Origin: a virus
Taxonomy: Duplodnaviria > Caudoviricetes
DNA length: 33,734 nt
IMG/VR virus record: IMGVR_UViG_3300047403_000087
Span: 1-33,734 of that record
Reading direction: 5' to 3' (one strand)
Below, one piece after another: positions 19,270 to 28,052 of this stretch. Made by a program: the position numbers and the translations under genes. The stretch's first letter is position 1. Every line of letters begins with the position of its first letter. The notes beneath the pieces are model-generated. The model had not been told where the DNA came from. It worked only from the letters and a program-made list of their open reading frames with translations, and did no database searches.

Positions 19270-20706
19270 ATGGCAACCAAATCATCATTGACTAGCCAAT
19301 TTTATTCACCAGAAGATTTTTCTTCTGCTGGACAAGCAATAAAACCTCAAATAGAGGCTTTTCAACAATATGAAAAACAACGAGAACCTTTATTAAAAGA
19401 ACAGCAAAAAGCATCAGAACAACTGGCAACAGCTAAATCTGAAGTAGAAAAAACCGTTGCACAAGCTGGAGTAAAAGCTGGTGATGAATATATATCTGGC
19501 CTAGAAAACCTTCAACTTCAGTACCAAGGTAGGTTATCTGACAACCCCTTGCCAACTCACAAGCCGACCCAAGAAGATTTGTCTACTTTGGCCGGCTTGG
19601 GAAGCATGATAATGACAATGGGTTTTCTTGTTGGCTCCGGTGGAAAAGCAAACGCAATTGCCGGATTGGAATCTTTGACTGGCGCTCTTAATGGATGGAG
19701 GTCAGGGAGAAAAGATTTATGGCAACAAGAAATGAGGAACTTTGAAAAATCGTTTGCAAAAGTAAAAGCAGACAGGGATGAAATATATAAAAATCTAATA
19801 GAAGGACAAAAACTTGCAGCAACTAATTATCAAGCAGCAAAGCTAAAGTATGAAACTGCCGCAAGAATAGCTGGAGCAAATTCAATAGTTACTGCTGATT
19901 TGAACAAAGGCAGAGCAGATCAAGCATTAAAAAATTTGGAATCTTCTTTTAAAACGGAACAAGGATTCACCCAACAACAACAACAAATGGCTATGTCTTT
20001 GTATAGAGAAAGACAAGCTGAAATAAGACACCAACAAAATATAGCATCAAGAGAACGTGCGGCTCAGATCAGGGCGGAGTCTAAAGGTGCTGCTGGCGAT
20101 AAAAAAACCAGTGGAATTGGGAAAGTCGCAGAGCAAAAACTTGAAGCAAAAGCTTCTCTTATAAAACAATATGATTCTTTAATTGAAGATTACCAAAAAA
20201 ACAAAGATAAATATCAATTATCACCAGGTTTGAGAACTGCTTTATCAGCGATTCCTGGCGGTGGCTCTGTATCAGAAAAAATGATGGCAGTTGCAAGAGC
20301 AAACCCGAATAAATATCCTAATGCAGCAGCGTTAAGCCAATTCATAGGAAAATTAGAATCAGTTATTGCCCCAGATAGACACTCATTGTATGGCGCTAAC
20401 CTTACTGCCAATGAATTGCCAAGATATGAAAGAACTGTGCCAAGAATAACAGATGATCCAAAAGTGTTCTTACAGTTTTTAGAGTCAAACAGAAAAAATG
20501 TTGAAGAATCATTGCGTAGTTCACAAGAATTTTATTTACGCAGGGGCGTAGATTTAAAATTGAATGAAATTTACGATAAAGCGCAACCATTTATTGCTAC
20601 AGCAAGTGGAACCCCAAAATTTAATACGGTTAAAGAAGCAGAAGAAGCAGGATTACCCAGTGGAACAAAAATTATTGTTGGCGGTAAATCAGCTACGGTG
20701 GAATAA
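19270..20706 (+). CDS. putative internal virion/ejection protein 3
   Basis: Helical Q/A/K-rich sequence with one Gly-rich hydrophobic segment; C-terminal EAEEAGLPSGTKIIVGG motif. Confidence 0.6.
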   Translation: MATKSSLTSQFYSPEDFSSAGQAIKPQIEAFQQYEKQREPLLKEQQKASEQLATAKSEVEKTVAQAGVKAGDEYISGLENLQLQYQGRLSDNPLPTHKPTQEDLSTLAGLGSMIMTMGFLVGSGGKANAIAGLESLTGALNGWRSGRKDLWQQEMRNFEKSFAKVKADRDEIYKNLIEGQKLAATNYQAAKLKYETAARIAGANSIVTADLNKGRADQALKNLESSFKTEQGFTQQQQQMAMSLYRERQAEIRHQQNIASRERAAQIRAESKGAAGDKKTSGIGKVAEQKLEAKASLIKQYDSLIEDYQKNKDKYQLSPGLRTALSAIPGGGSVSEKMMAVARANPNKYPNAAALSQFIGKLESVIAPDRHSLYGANLTANELPRYERTVPRITDDPKVFLQFLESNRKNVEESLRSSQEFYLRRGVDLKLNEIYDKAQPFIATASGTPKFNTVKEAEEAGLPSGTKIIVGGKSATVE

Positions 20707-20708
20707 TT

Positions 20709-23609
20709 ATGCCTATTAAATTTGATGATCCAACGTCATCTGTTTCAGACCAACCACAAATTGAGCCAACACAAAAAAAATCATCAATAGTTTTTGATGA
20801 CGTTCCTATTCCGTCTGTTGAATTTCGTCAACAACAAGCAGCAAAAGAGGCTGGCATAACGCCGGAGCCTTCTAAACCAGATCGTAGTCGTAAAGATTTT
20901 GGACTTGGCGAACTTGCAACTTCTACGGCAGGCGGGGTTGTTGGTGGTGCATTCTTGCCAGAAATTTTGTCTGTTGGAGGACGCGCTGCCCAATCAACGG
21001 GATTGCCATTCGTTTCGCCATTAGGTAGGTTTGCCACTGGCATGGCCCCTTTTATTGGCGGCACTAGAACAAGTCGCGCAATCAGCGGAGGTCTTAGTGG
21101 CGCAGCCGCTGAAACCGCAGGACAAGTCTATGAAATGGTTGATGAACCTGGTCTTGGCGCTGAAGCCACTCGGTTTGTTGTTGGTTCTGTTCCTGTCTCT
21201 GCTGCAACAACTTTCTTGACCGGAAAAGCCGGACAACTTGTTAGAGCAATAACCAAAGATGTGGTTGACATTAACCGAGCACAAGCAGCGTATACAAAAC
21301 AAAAACAAGACGCCATCAACGCTATTGGAACTGCTGCTAGCGTAGAAAATTTTGACCGTTTGTTGTCTGGCATCAAGTCTGGTGTAAACAATGACATTGG
21401 TTTGTTGAATGCCCGTGCAGCACAGATTTCTTCGCAAGCAGAAGATTTTGCCAAATCTTTGATTCAACAGGGAGAAAAAGCCGCCGCTGCTGCAACTCAA
21501 CGCGGTGTCTCTGCTGGAGAAGCTGTTGGAGAAAGAGCGCAACAAACTGCTGCAAACATTGCCAGACAGTATGAACAGCGCCTGTCTCAATTCAAAATGA
21601 CAACTGAAGCAGAGGCAACTAAGGTACTAGAAGAAGCTCGTAATACTGCAAAAAAACTGCGTGACGCTGCTGCTGGGAAAGCGCGGTATCAACGGCAGCA
21701 AATGTACCAGGCAGCAGAGGCCATTGAAAAAGATACGCAGCAACAGGTTGAAGAATTCTTGCGTAATTCTGACGCTGAAGTTACGAGACTTCGTTCATTG
21801 CTTACAAAAACCCGCAAACGTGCGGAAGTGTCTCGAAGCTATGTTGAAGAAGCTGGCAAGCGCATTGGTCAGCCGTTGACTGAAACGGAATTGGGACAAG
21901 CTGCTCGTTCTCCAACAGAAACGCAGTTTAATAAATTCAAGAAAATCAGAGAACAACAAATGTCTGGCGCTGAGTTAGGCATTTTCAATGTTGCAAAAAC
22001 TTTGGAACAGCAAGGTCAAAGTTACCAAAACACAAAAGCTTATGCAGATGCGGTTAAAAAACTCAATGCAATGTTGATTGACCCGGAAACAAAGAAAGCT
22101 AGCATTACTGTTCCGCAGCTTGAATCTCAAATAAAGAACGTAATCAAGGCTTTAAAAGGCAAAGAAAAGTTAGTCACAAATGAAAAAGGCGAGGAAATTG
22201 TCCAGATCATTCCTGGCGATTTTCAATCACTTGAGTACCTCCGAAGGTTCTTGGGTGATCGTGCTGCTGGTGTTCCGGCAGAAGGTTTTGATGCCATTGG
22301 ACAAAAAATGGCTGGCGATCTGAAACAGATCGTTCAGAACATTCAAGATGAGTTTGTGTCCAAGGGTGGTCAGTCAAAGCCTTGGACTGAGTATTTGAAC
22401 AAGTATCGAGAAGCATCAATCCCAATCAACAACTACAAGTCAGAATTGGGAAGCAGGTTAATTGGAAAAACCGAATGGGATGCGTCTCAATATTCGACTG
22501 ATGCTGCAAAGTTGTCTGGATCAATTTTTGATTCGCATGGTTCTGTTGAAGCGTATCGTGCGTTGTCCGGCGCAAGCAATGAAGAACTTGAAAAACTTGG
22601 AAGAAGTGTCATTGCCAACGATATTTTTAACAAAGGTTCTTCTGCTAAGGATTTGCTAAAACGGTACAGCGACATACTTAAATTCCCGCCGTTTACAGCA
22701 TTGCAGCAAGACCTAGCTAACCTTTCTAAGACTGAAGAATTGTCTGGCAAGAAAGCCCCAGAATTATTGCGGGCGGTGCGTGAGCGTGCCGCTAAAGGAT
22801 TAAAAGCGGCATTACGGACTGAAGAACCTATTTCTGATATCTTGGCCCGTGGTGGCAAGGCCCGTTCCGCTGCCGTAACTGAACCGCGAAAAGACATACA
22901 GGCAACTATTGTTGAAGGAAAAAAGGCTGGAGAAAAAGCACTAACGGCTGGCGAAAAACAAGCCTCTCAGCTTCGAGCTGAAATTCCAAGGCAAGAACGT
23001 ATGCTAACGCAACAAGCCCGTGCCGAGCAAAAGCAAGTTGGCAGGGAAGCCGCTACCGAGCGCGGTCAAATTATGACTGCTGCCAAGGTTGAAAGCAAAG
23101 AAGCAATTGAAACTTCAAAACAACAGGCAAAAGATGCAATTGCAAAAGCAGAACAGCAAGCCAGCATCCCAAAAGATCAGGCTAATGCCTTGCAAAAAAC
23201 AATTGATGCTTTGGGAGATACTCCTGCAAATGCTTTTGACAAAATGGTGTTTGGGTCTGATCCCGTCAAAAACCTTACGACTTTTGCGCCTTATATAAAA
23301 GCAACCCCTCAAGGATTGAAAGATTTCCAAAAAGGAGTAATTGAAGGATTGGTTCGTAGATCAAATGGAAACATACCAAATTTGATTCGTGAATGGGATA
23401 CCGTTGTAAAGCCAGCGGTTGTTCAATCTGGATTAATGTCAGAAAATAAAGCGTCTCGAATAACTAGAGAATTGACTGGGCTGAATTCAGTCACTCAAGG
23501 AAATATTAGGAAATTGACCATAATAGAAACTGCGTTTGCTAATTTGATTAGAAACGGAATCCAAGTCCCCATGATGGGATTGAGAGAAGCTGGATTAATA
23601 GGAGAGTAA
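20709..23609 (+). CDS. putative large internal virion/ejection protein 4
   Basis: 966 aa with repeated FDD motifs at the N-terminus, Gly/Ala membrane-like segments and long Ala-rich coiled coils. Confidence 0.65.
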   Translation: MPIKFDDPTSSVSDQPQIEPTQKKSSIVFDDVPIPSVEFRQQQAAKEAGITPEPSKPDRSRKDFGLGELATSTAGGVVGGAFLPEILSVGGRAAQSTGLPFVSPLGRFATGMAPFIGGTRTSRAISGGLSGAAAETAGQVYEMVDEPGLGAEATRFVVGSVPVSAATTFLTGKAGQLVRAITKDVVDINRAQAAYTKQKQDAINAIGTAASVENFDRLLSGIKSGVNNDIGLLNARAAQISSQAEDFAKSLIQQGEKAAAAATQRGVSAGEAVGERAQQTAANIARQYEQRLSQFKMTTEAEATKVLEEARNTAKKLRDAAAGKARYQRQQMYQAAEAIEKDTQQQVEEFLRNSDAEVTRLRSLLTKTRKRAEVSRSYVEEAGKRIGQPLTETELGQAARSPTETQFNKFKKIREQQMSGAELGIFNVAKTLEQQGQSYQNTKAYADAVKKLNAMLIDPETKKASITVPQLESQIKNVIKALKGKEKLVTNEKGEEIVQIIPGDFQSLEYLRRFLGDRAAGVPAEGFDAIGQKMAGDLKQIVQNIQDEFVSKGGQSKPWTEYLNKYREASIPINNYKSELGSRLIGKTEWDASQYSTDAAKLSGSIFDSHGSVEAYRALSGASNEELEKLGRSVIANDIFNKGSSAKDLLKRYSDILKFPPFTALQQDLANLSKTEELSGKKAPELLRAVRERAAKGLKAALRTEEPISDILARGGKARSAAVTEPRKDIQATIVEGKKAGEKALTAGEKQASQLRAEIPRQERMLTQQARAEQKQVGREAATERGQIMTAAKVESKEAIETSKQQAKDAIAKAEQQASIPKDQANALQKTIDALGDTPANAFDKMVFGSDPVKNLTTFAPYIKATPQGLKDFQKGVIEGLVRRSNGNIPNLIREWDTVVKPAVVQSGLMSENKASRITRELTGLNSVTQGNIRKLTIIETAFANLIRNGIQVPMMGLREAGLIGE

Positions 23610-23611
23610 CC

Positions 23612-23752
23612 ATGCCACTCGCTAAAGGTAGCAGTAAGAAAACGATTAGCAAGAACATTCGCAAGATGATGAGGGAGGGATATCCTCAAAAACAAGCGGT
23701 TGCAGCTAGTCTTAGTTCAGCAAGAAAAACCAAACGTAAAGGAAGAAAATAA
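23612..23752 (+). CDS. 46-aa basic protein ([39 protein letters not shown]...)
   Basis: Translated by hand; GGAG SD; matches the widespread phage MPLKKG.S...IS.NI...KQAVA family. Confidence 0.8.
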   Translation: MPLAKGSSKKTISKNIRKMMREGYPQKQAVAASLSSARKTKRKGRK

Positions 23753-23919
23753 TGAATTACGAACAATTACTCAGCCCTGAAGAACGTGCAAGGAAAAATG
23801 AACGTGAAGGCGGCATGAGAGAGGCCGAAGGCAGTAAAGAAGCCGGACGAAACCTAGAAAGACTTAGAAAAGAAGATCGCAAGAAAATGCGAGAAATGAA
23901 GCGAAAAGGTTATCGGTGA
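23752..23919 (+). CDS. 55-aa charged protein ([17 protein letters not shown]...)
   Basis: Translated by hand; overlaps neighbouring start/stop codons on both sides. Confidence 0.65.
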   Translation: MNYEQLLSPEERARKNEREGGMREAEGSKEAGRNLERLRKEDRKKMREMKRKGYR

Positions 23920-24122
23920 GCAAAAAATCTAAAAGCATAAATCCAGACCTTGAAAAAGCTATCAGTAGTTTGCTTCAACAAGTGATGAATGATCCTACTG
24001 CTAGTTTGACTGATAAAACCAAGGTTATTGATCGAGCTTTAAATCTTGAAAAAGTAAAACAAAAAATAAGTGATGATGAATGGGGGAGCGGTTTTCTTAC
24101 GGATGAAGATGAAAGCAGTTAA
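23916..24122 (+). CDS. hypothetical helical protein
   Basis: GTGA coupling; 68 aa. Confidence 0.7.
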   Translation: MSKKSKSINPDLEKAISSLLQQVMNDPTASLTDKTKVIDRALNLEKVKQKISDDEWGSGFLTDEDESS

Positions 24123-24148
24123 TATTAAAATATTTTATAAAGGGGATA

Positions 24149-24355
24149 TTGATGGACAACATTGCGTTAATAAGAATTGCGTTGCAGGTTTTGTCTGACA
24201 AGGTTTTGACGATAATTTCTTTGATGATGGTTTTTGGCTTGTCATGTTGGACTATGTATGAGCCTACATTAGAGAGATTGGGAATGAGTGCTTTTTTTGC
24301 TTTGTTTTCTTTTTGTGTACTAAAAACCAAGGAAAAAGATGATGAAAAACTATAA
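24149..24355 (+). CDS. two-TM membrane protein (holin-like)
   Basis: AGGGGAT SD; two hydrophobic helices and a charged C-terminal tail. Confidence 0.65.
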   Translation: MMDNIALIRIALQVLSDKVLTIISLMMVFGLSCWTMYEPTLERLGMSAFFALFSFCVLKTKEKDDEKL

Positions 24356-24524
24356 AGAAATAGAACCAGCGGAACCTGTTCGAGTACAAATCCCGCAGGA
24401 TGCGGTTTCAAAAAAACAATATTGGAAACCCGGAACCATGCCAGAGGGCGGGTTTAGGGCGTCTTTTTGTTTTGATGAAAAGAAAGTAAACGGCACGACT
24501 AAACCTGGACGTAAAGTGTACTAA
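24339..24524 (+). CDS. hypothetical protein
   Basis: AAGGA SD; fills the gap between coupled genes. Confidence 0.65.
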   Translation: MMKNYKEIEPAEPVRVQIPQDAVSKKQYWKPGTMPEGGFRASFCFDEKKVNGTTKPGRKVY

Positions 24525-24525
24525 C

Positions 24526-24885
24526 ATGGCAAACAATATTCCATTTCAATCAATGGGGAAAACTACTAAGGCTAGTGCTAACACAACCAGTCAAAGCGTC
24601 ACTATCACTCCTGATGGAGTTTGCAACCAGATTTGTGTTTCCAATCATCAAAGCACTCAAGGTGGACAGCCAATATATTTCAACGTAAGTAATTTATCTA
24701 ATGTTACGGTTACTGCTCCTACTGGAAGCGGAAGTAATGCTTCATATTGTTTGGTTTCTGTTCCTGGCAGCATAAAAACTTATACTGTGCCATTTCAGTT
24801 TTCACCGTCCAATCCTTTATATATTGCTTACATTACTGAGACATCTACATCTGAATGTTATTTCACTCCAGGTGAGGGCATTTAA
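24526..24885 (+). CDS. beta-sandwich virion protein (paralogue of 14315..14644)
   Basis: Similar size, similar N-terminus (F...G.T) and similar C-terminus (YFTPGEG). Confidence 0.7.
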   Translation: MANNIPFQSMGKTTKASANTTSQSVTITPDGVCNQICVSNHQSTQGGQPIYFNVSNLSNVTVTAPTGSGSNASYCLVSVPGSIKTYTVPFQFSPSNPLYIAYITETSTSECYFTPGEGI

Positions 24886-24888
24886 AAA

Positions 24889-25278
24889 ATGTCTGAGCCT
24901 GTGAGTAGCGGTTTTGCAATTGGAAAATTGCTTTCTGGCATAGCAGGTTTTTTTGGCGGTTTATCTATATCTTTTTTTTGGCAACCAAAACAGCTTCATC
25001 AACATGGAAAACTTGTAGCTGGCGCTATTGTTGGTGGTATATCTGTAGCCGCTTCTTTTGCTTTGGGTGGAGTTGCTGCCCATTATTTAGGGTTAAATAT
25101 TAATGAAGCGGATACTGCTTTGGGTATTGGTTATTGCATCGGTGTTCTTAGTGTCGGTCTTATATCATTCGTCGCCAATTTTTTTGACAAACGAGAAGGA
25201 CAAGACATATTACAAGTAGCAAAAGAGTTAAAAGGAATAAAACCTACAATTAACAAAAAACGCAGAAAATCCAAATGA
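24889..25278 (+). CDS. three-TM membrane protein, putative holin
   Basis: Gly-rich TM helices and a basic C-terminal tail; lies in the lysis region. Confidence 0.65.
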   Translation: MSEPVSSGFAIGKLLSGIAGFFGGLSISFFWQPKQLHQHGKLVAGAIVGGISVAASFALGGVAAHYLGLNINEADTALGIGYCIGVLSVGLISFVANFFDKREGQDILQVAKELKGIKPTINKKRRKSK

Positions 25279-25628
25279 ACTGGGAATTTATTTTTTTTGT
25301 TGTTATAACGATTATGGATTTATCGGCGGCGGTTATTATTTTTGTTGGTTCTTTATCTGAAAGAATGCGTCTTTATCCGACTTGGCACAAAGTTGGTTTA
25401 ATAATCGCTGTTATTGGACTTATTTGCCAATCTTTTAGAAATGTTCAATATCTTTCTACGGGGGTATCACCATCAGATGTTGATGTTCCCTTATGGGTTT
25501 TTAAGGATGTTGGAATTGCAATAATTGCATTTACTTATTTGAGTATTGCAATTAAAAAACATTTTTTTGGACACAAAGTTAATAAAATGTCCAAAAACAA
25601 ATCTAAAAATGTCCAAAAAAAGAATTAA
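25275..25628 (+). CDS. three-TM membrane protein (lysis accessory / antiholin candidate)
   Basis: ATGA coupling; three hydrophobic segments and a Lys-rich tail. Confidence 0.65.
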   Translation: MNWEFIFFVVITIMDLSAAVIIFVGSLSERMRLYPTWHKVGLIIAVIGLICQSFRNVQYLSTGVSPSDVDVPLWVFKDVGIAIIAFTYLSIAIKKHFFGHKVNKMSKNKSKNVQKKN

Positions 25629-25630
25629 CA

Positions 25631-26137
25631 ATGTTTACTCTATTAACTACTGTAATTTCATTTCTTTCTGGTGGCGTTCCCAAGATACTAGATTTCTTTC
25701 AAGACCGCGCCGACAAGAAGCATGAATTGGCTTTGGCGGCACTCCAGACCGAGCGTGAACTGGCTCTCAAGAAAGCGGGCCTGGAAGCCCAAGAACGCAT
25801 CGAGCATATCCAGACTGAGCAGCTACAGATCAGCGCAGAGGTGTCCCACGCACAAGTCGCGGTGCAGGAACGTCAAGCTCTGTATGCCCACGACATTGCG
25901 ATTGGTCAGGGTGCAAGCGTTTGGGTTATCAACCTTCGAGCTTTAGTAAGGCCAGCGATAACCTACGGTATGTTCCTGATGTTCGCGTTTGTGGAAGTCT
26001 TTGGTTTTTACTATGCGATCCATACCGGAATAGATTTCACCGTTGCTCTGGACAATCTGTGGGATGACGATACCCAGACGATTTGGGCGTCAATTGTTTC
26101 GTTTTGGTTCGGGACACAAGCGTTTAGCAAGAAATGA
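25631..26137 (+). CDS. holin of the 3TM (GTA-holin-like) type
   Basis: N-terminal amphipathic helix, D..HEL coiled coil, LRALVRP.ITY and IVSFWFG.. C-terminus; adjacent to the lysozyme. Confidence 0.7.
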   Translation: MFTLLTTVISFLSGGVPKILDFFQDRADKKHELALAALQTERELALKKAGLEAQERIEHIQTEQLQISAEVSHAQVAVQERQALYAHDIAIGQGASVWVINLRALVRPAITYGMFLMFAFVEVFGFYYAIHTGIDFTVALDNLWDDDTQTIWASIVSFWFGTQAFSKK

Positions 26138-26580
26138 ACGTAAGCGACAAGGCTATAAAAATGCTCCGTCACCATGAGGGAGTACGGTTTAAGCCTTATC
26201 AAGATGCTATTGGTTTATGGACTGTTGGCGTAGGTCATTTAATTGGTGATGGTAAAACCCTTCCTGATACTTGGAACAAGACATTTACTTCGGGGGAAGT
26301 CGATGAGATATTACGCCACGACCTTGCGCGTTTTGAAGCGGGAGTGGAGCGATTGTGTCCTGTGGGTCTTACTCAGCATCGCTTTGACGCACTCGTTTCA
26401 ATCAGTTTTAACTTTGGTTTAGGGACGTTGCAGCGTTCTAGCATCCGAATGAAGCATAACCGAGAGGACTTTGAGGGTGCTGCGGATGCTTTCTTACTTT
26501 ATACCAAGGCTGGCGGTAAAATTCTCAAGGGTCTGGTAACTCGCCGCAATGACGAACGGTCTGTTTATCTAGGGGCTTGA
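26134..26580 (+). CDS. endolysin, GH24 phage lysozyme (RrrD/P21-like)
   Basis: Catalytic E-x8-D-x5-T in HEGVRFKPYQDAIGLWTVGVGH, plus FDALVS..FN.G and GL..RR..E. Confidence 0.93.
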   Translation: MNVSDKAIKMLRHHEGVRFKPYQDAIGLWTVGVGHLIGDGKTLPDTWNKTFTSGEVDEILRHDLARFEAGVERLCPVGLTQHRFDALVSISFNFGLGTLQRSSIRMKHNREDFEGAADAFLLYTKAGGKILKGLVTRRNDERSVYLGA

Positions 26581-26581
26581 T

Positions 26582-26731
26582 ATGGTTAAAAAAGGTCTGT
26601 ATTACAACATCAACCGACGCAGGAAGTTGGGCTTGCCCGCCAAGAAGCCAGGTCAAAAAGGTTATCCGACTGCCCAAGCATTCCGTCAATCAGCCAAAAC
26701 CGCAATGAAAAGGAAGATGCGCCGTGGCTAA
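26582..26731 (+). CDS. 49-aa basic protein (MVKKGLYYNINRRRKLG...AFRQSAKTA...)
   Basis: Translated by hand; matches the widespread phage K.GLY.NI...PT..AF..SAKTA family. Confidence 0.75.
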   Translation: MVKKGLYYNINRRRKLGLPAKKPGQKGYPTAQAFRQSAKTAMKRKMRRG

Positions 26732-26951
26732 GAAATCCACCAACCTTTCTGTTGGTAGAGGAGAGAAATTATCCGTTTCTCAAGGCGGAGGTTTAACCGC
26801 CAAAGGTAGGCGCAAATATAACAGGGAAACAGGATCAAACCTGCAAGCACCACAAAAGTCTGGGCCTCGACACAAATCATTTTGCGCCCGTAGTAAAGGT
26901 TGGACAGGTGAGCGAGGCAAAGCCGCTAGACGACGTTGGGGATGCCGGTAA
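26724..26951 (+). CDS. basic protein (DUF6321-like)
   Basis: GGLTAKGR.KYN.ETGSNL.AP, R.KSFCAR and RRW.C motifs. Confidence 0.75.
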   Translation: MAKKSTNLSVGRGEKLSVSQGGGLTAKGRRKYNRETGSNLQAPQKSGPRHKSFCARSKGWTGERGKAARRRWGCR

Positions 26952-26980
26952 ATTTTTAATTAAAGTTCTCACCAACGTTG
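26931..26980. terminator. long imperfect hairpin at the convergence of the two arms; candidate bidirectional terminator
   Basis: CGACGTTGG (26931-39) pairs with CCAACGTTG (26972-80), enclosing an AT-rich inner stem. Confidence 0.4.
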
Positions 26981-27166
26981 AGGCCCAGACCAAGACCCAG
27001 ACCAAGACCCAGACCAAGACCCAGACCAAGACCCAGACCCAGACCAAGACCCAGACCTAGACCTAGACCCAGACCTAGACCTAGACAAAGACCCAGACCT
27101 AGACCTAGACAAAGACCCAGACCAAGACCTAGACCCAAACCATTTTTGCTTTAGAGGTTTTTTCAT
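26969..27166 (-). CDS. RS/GS/WS dipeptide-repeat peptide (MKKPLKQKWF-(XS)25-GPQRW)
   Basis: ATG lies 20 nt after the stop of the upstream Sm-like gene; basic leader then 25 X-Ser units; no SD. Confidence 0.6.
   Translation of the reverse strand: MKKPLKQKWFGSRSWSGSLSRSRSGSLSRSRSGSRSRSGSWSGSGSWSGSWSGSWSGSWSGPQRW
26987..27136. repeat. 25 x 6-bp tandem repeat, (AGACCN) on + and (NGGTCT) on -
   Basis: Counted 25 contiguous units: AGACCC, AGACCA, AGACCT and two AGACAA. Confidence 0.97.
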
Positions 27167-27186
27167 TTGATGTCTGGGCCGGTTTT

Positions 27187-27444
27187 TTACTTCAGAATCC
27201 CGAACGACTCAATCACCCCCAGCTGTACGTACCAATCGTTCGGAAGTTTTTGCGCGTCTTTCCAGTTGTTATCAGTGAATGCACCAGTCTCGTAAACAAC
27301 CGAGGCGTCTTCTAGCAACGCGCACGTTTCACTCACACCCGCAAGTTTCCCCGTGTAAATATAGTTGAGACAGAAAAACGTGACACGCTCACCGATCAGT
27401 TTCTCCAGACCTTCACCGTCGACTTGTTGAACCAGCTTTTTCAT
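27187..27444 (-). CDS. predicted Sm/LSm-fold small protein
   Basis: AAGGAG SD. Helix followed by LIGERVTF..NYIYTGKLAGV....LLEDA (Sm1-like) and WYVQLGVIESF (Sm2-like). Confidence 0.6.
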   Translation of the reverse strand: MKKLVQQVDGEGLEKLIGERVTFFCLNYIYTGKLAGVSETCALLEDASVVYETGAFTDNNWKDAQKLPNDWYVQLGVIESFGILK

Positions 27445-27528
27445 GATTTTCTCCTTTTGATAAATATGCCCAATCTGGGGAACGCAGATTGCAAAACACT
27501 TCTTCGCAAATTTTAGTTACTTATACTT

Positions 27529-27867
27529 TCACTCCAATTGAATAATGTGTTCTTTAGGACAATCAATGCACTCCTTGTTGTTTGGATAAATATAATCCCC
27601 ATTTACCTTTCGATGCCCACATACGCCGTATTTGGCTCGCAAGTTGCAGTTATGTATGCACCGTTCGTTGTGCGTCTTTATCGCCGCCTCCGCTTTCTCT
27701 GCGCGTTCCTGCGCTGCCGCTGTAGCCGCATCTTGTAGGCGCTGGTTAAATGTCAGCTCGGCAATGATTTCGCTTTGAGATTCAACCTTAGCGCGAAGTT
27801 CATCTCGCTGCGCCCTGACGCAATTGGGGCGATCACAGAAGTATGAGCAAGAATGTATGTCCATCAC
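27529..27867 (-). CDS. hypothetical protein with Cys motifs and a coiled coil
   Basis: IHSCSYFCDRPNCVRAQRDELR N-terminal motif, common in phages; C-terminal Cys cluster. Confidence 0.7.
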   Translation of the reverse strand: MMDIHSCSYFCDRPNCVRAQRDELRAKVESQSEIIAELTFNQRLQDAATAAAQERAEKAEAAIKTHNERCIHNCNLRAKYGVCGHRKVNGDYIYPNNKECIDCPKEHIIQLE

Positions 27868-28052
27868 GCGCCTTTCACTTGTTCAGCGCATTCATTCTTT
27901 AGAAGATGTTTTCTATACCTTTCAATAGTTTTTGATACATCAGTATTTATAGATGTTGTTGGAGTAAACCCCCCATCAAGTAAATAAATACCCCTACTGC
28001 GAACGTAGTTAATAGACTTTTCCAGCTTCTCTTGATTTGACATTGGTTTCAT
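27864..28052 (-). CDS. hypothetical protein
   Basis: Coupled to neighbouring genes. Confidence 0.6.
   Translation of the reverse strand: MKPMSNQEKLEKSINYVRSRGIYLLDGGFTPTTSINTDVSKTIERYRKHLLKNECAEQVKGA

Noticed and set aside
20709-23609. Tape measure protein
   Set aside because: No tail tube, sheath or chaperone-frameshift genes; the adaptor-nozzle-fibre-four large genes layout fits podovirus ejection proteins.
26987-27136. CRISPR array
   Set aside because: Contiguous 6-bp units with no spacers, and no cas genes.
26956-27138. Stand-alone poly(Gly-Leu) gene from the ORF track
   Set aside because: TTG start with no SD, inside the ATG-started ORF; kept only as an alternative-frame hypothesis.
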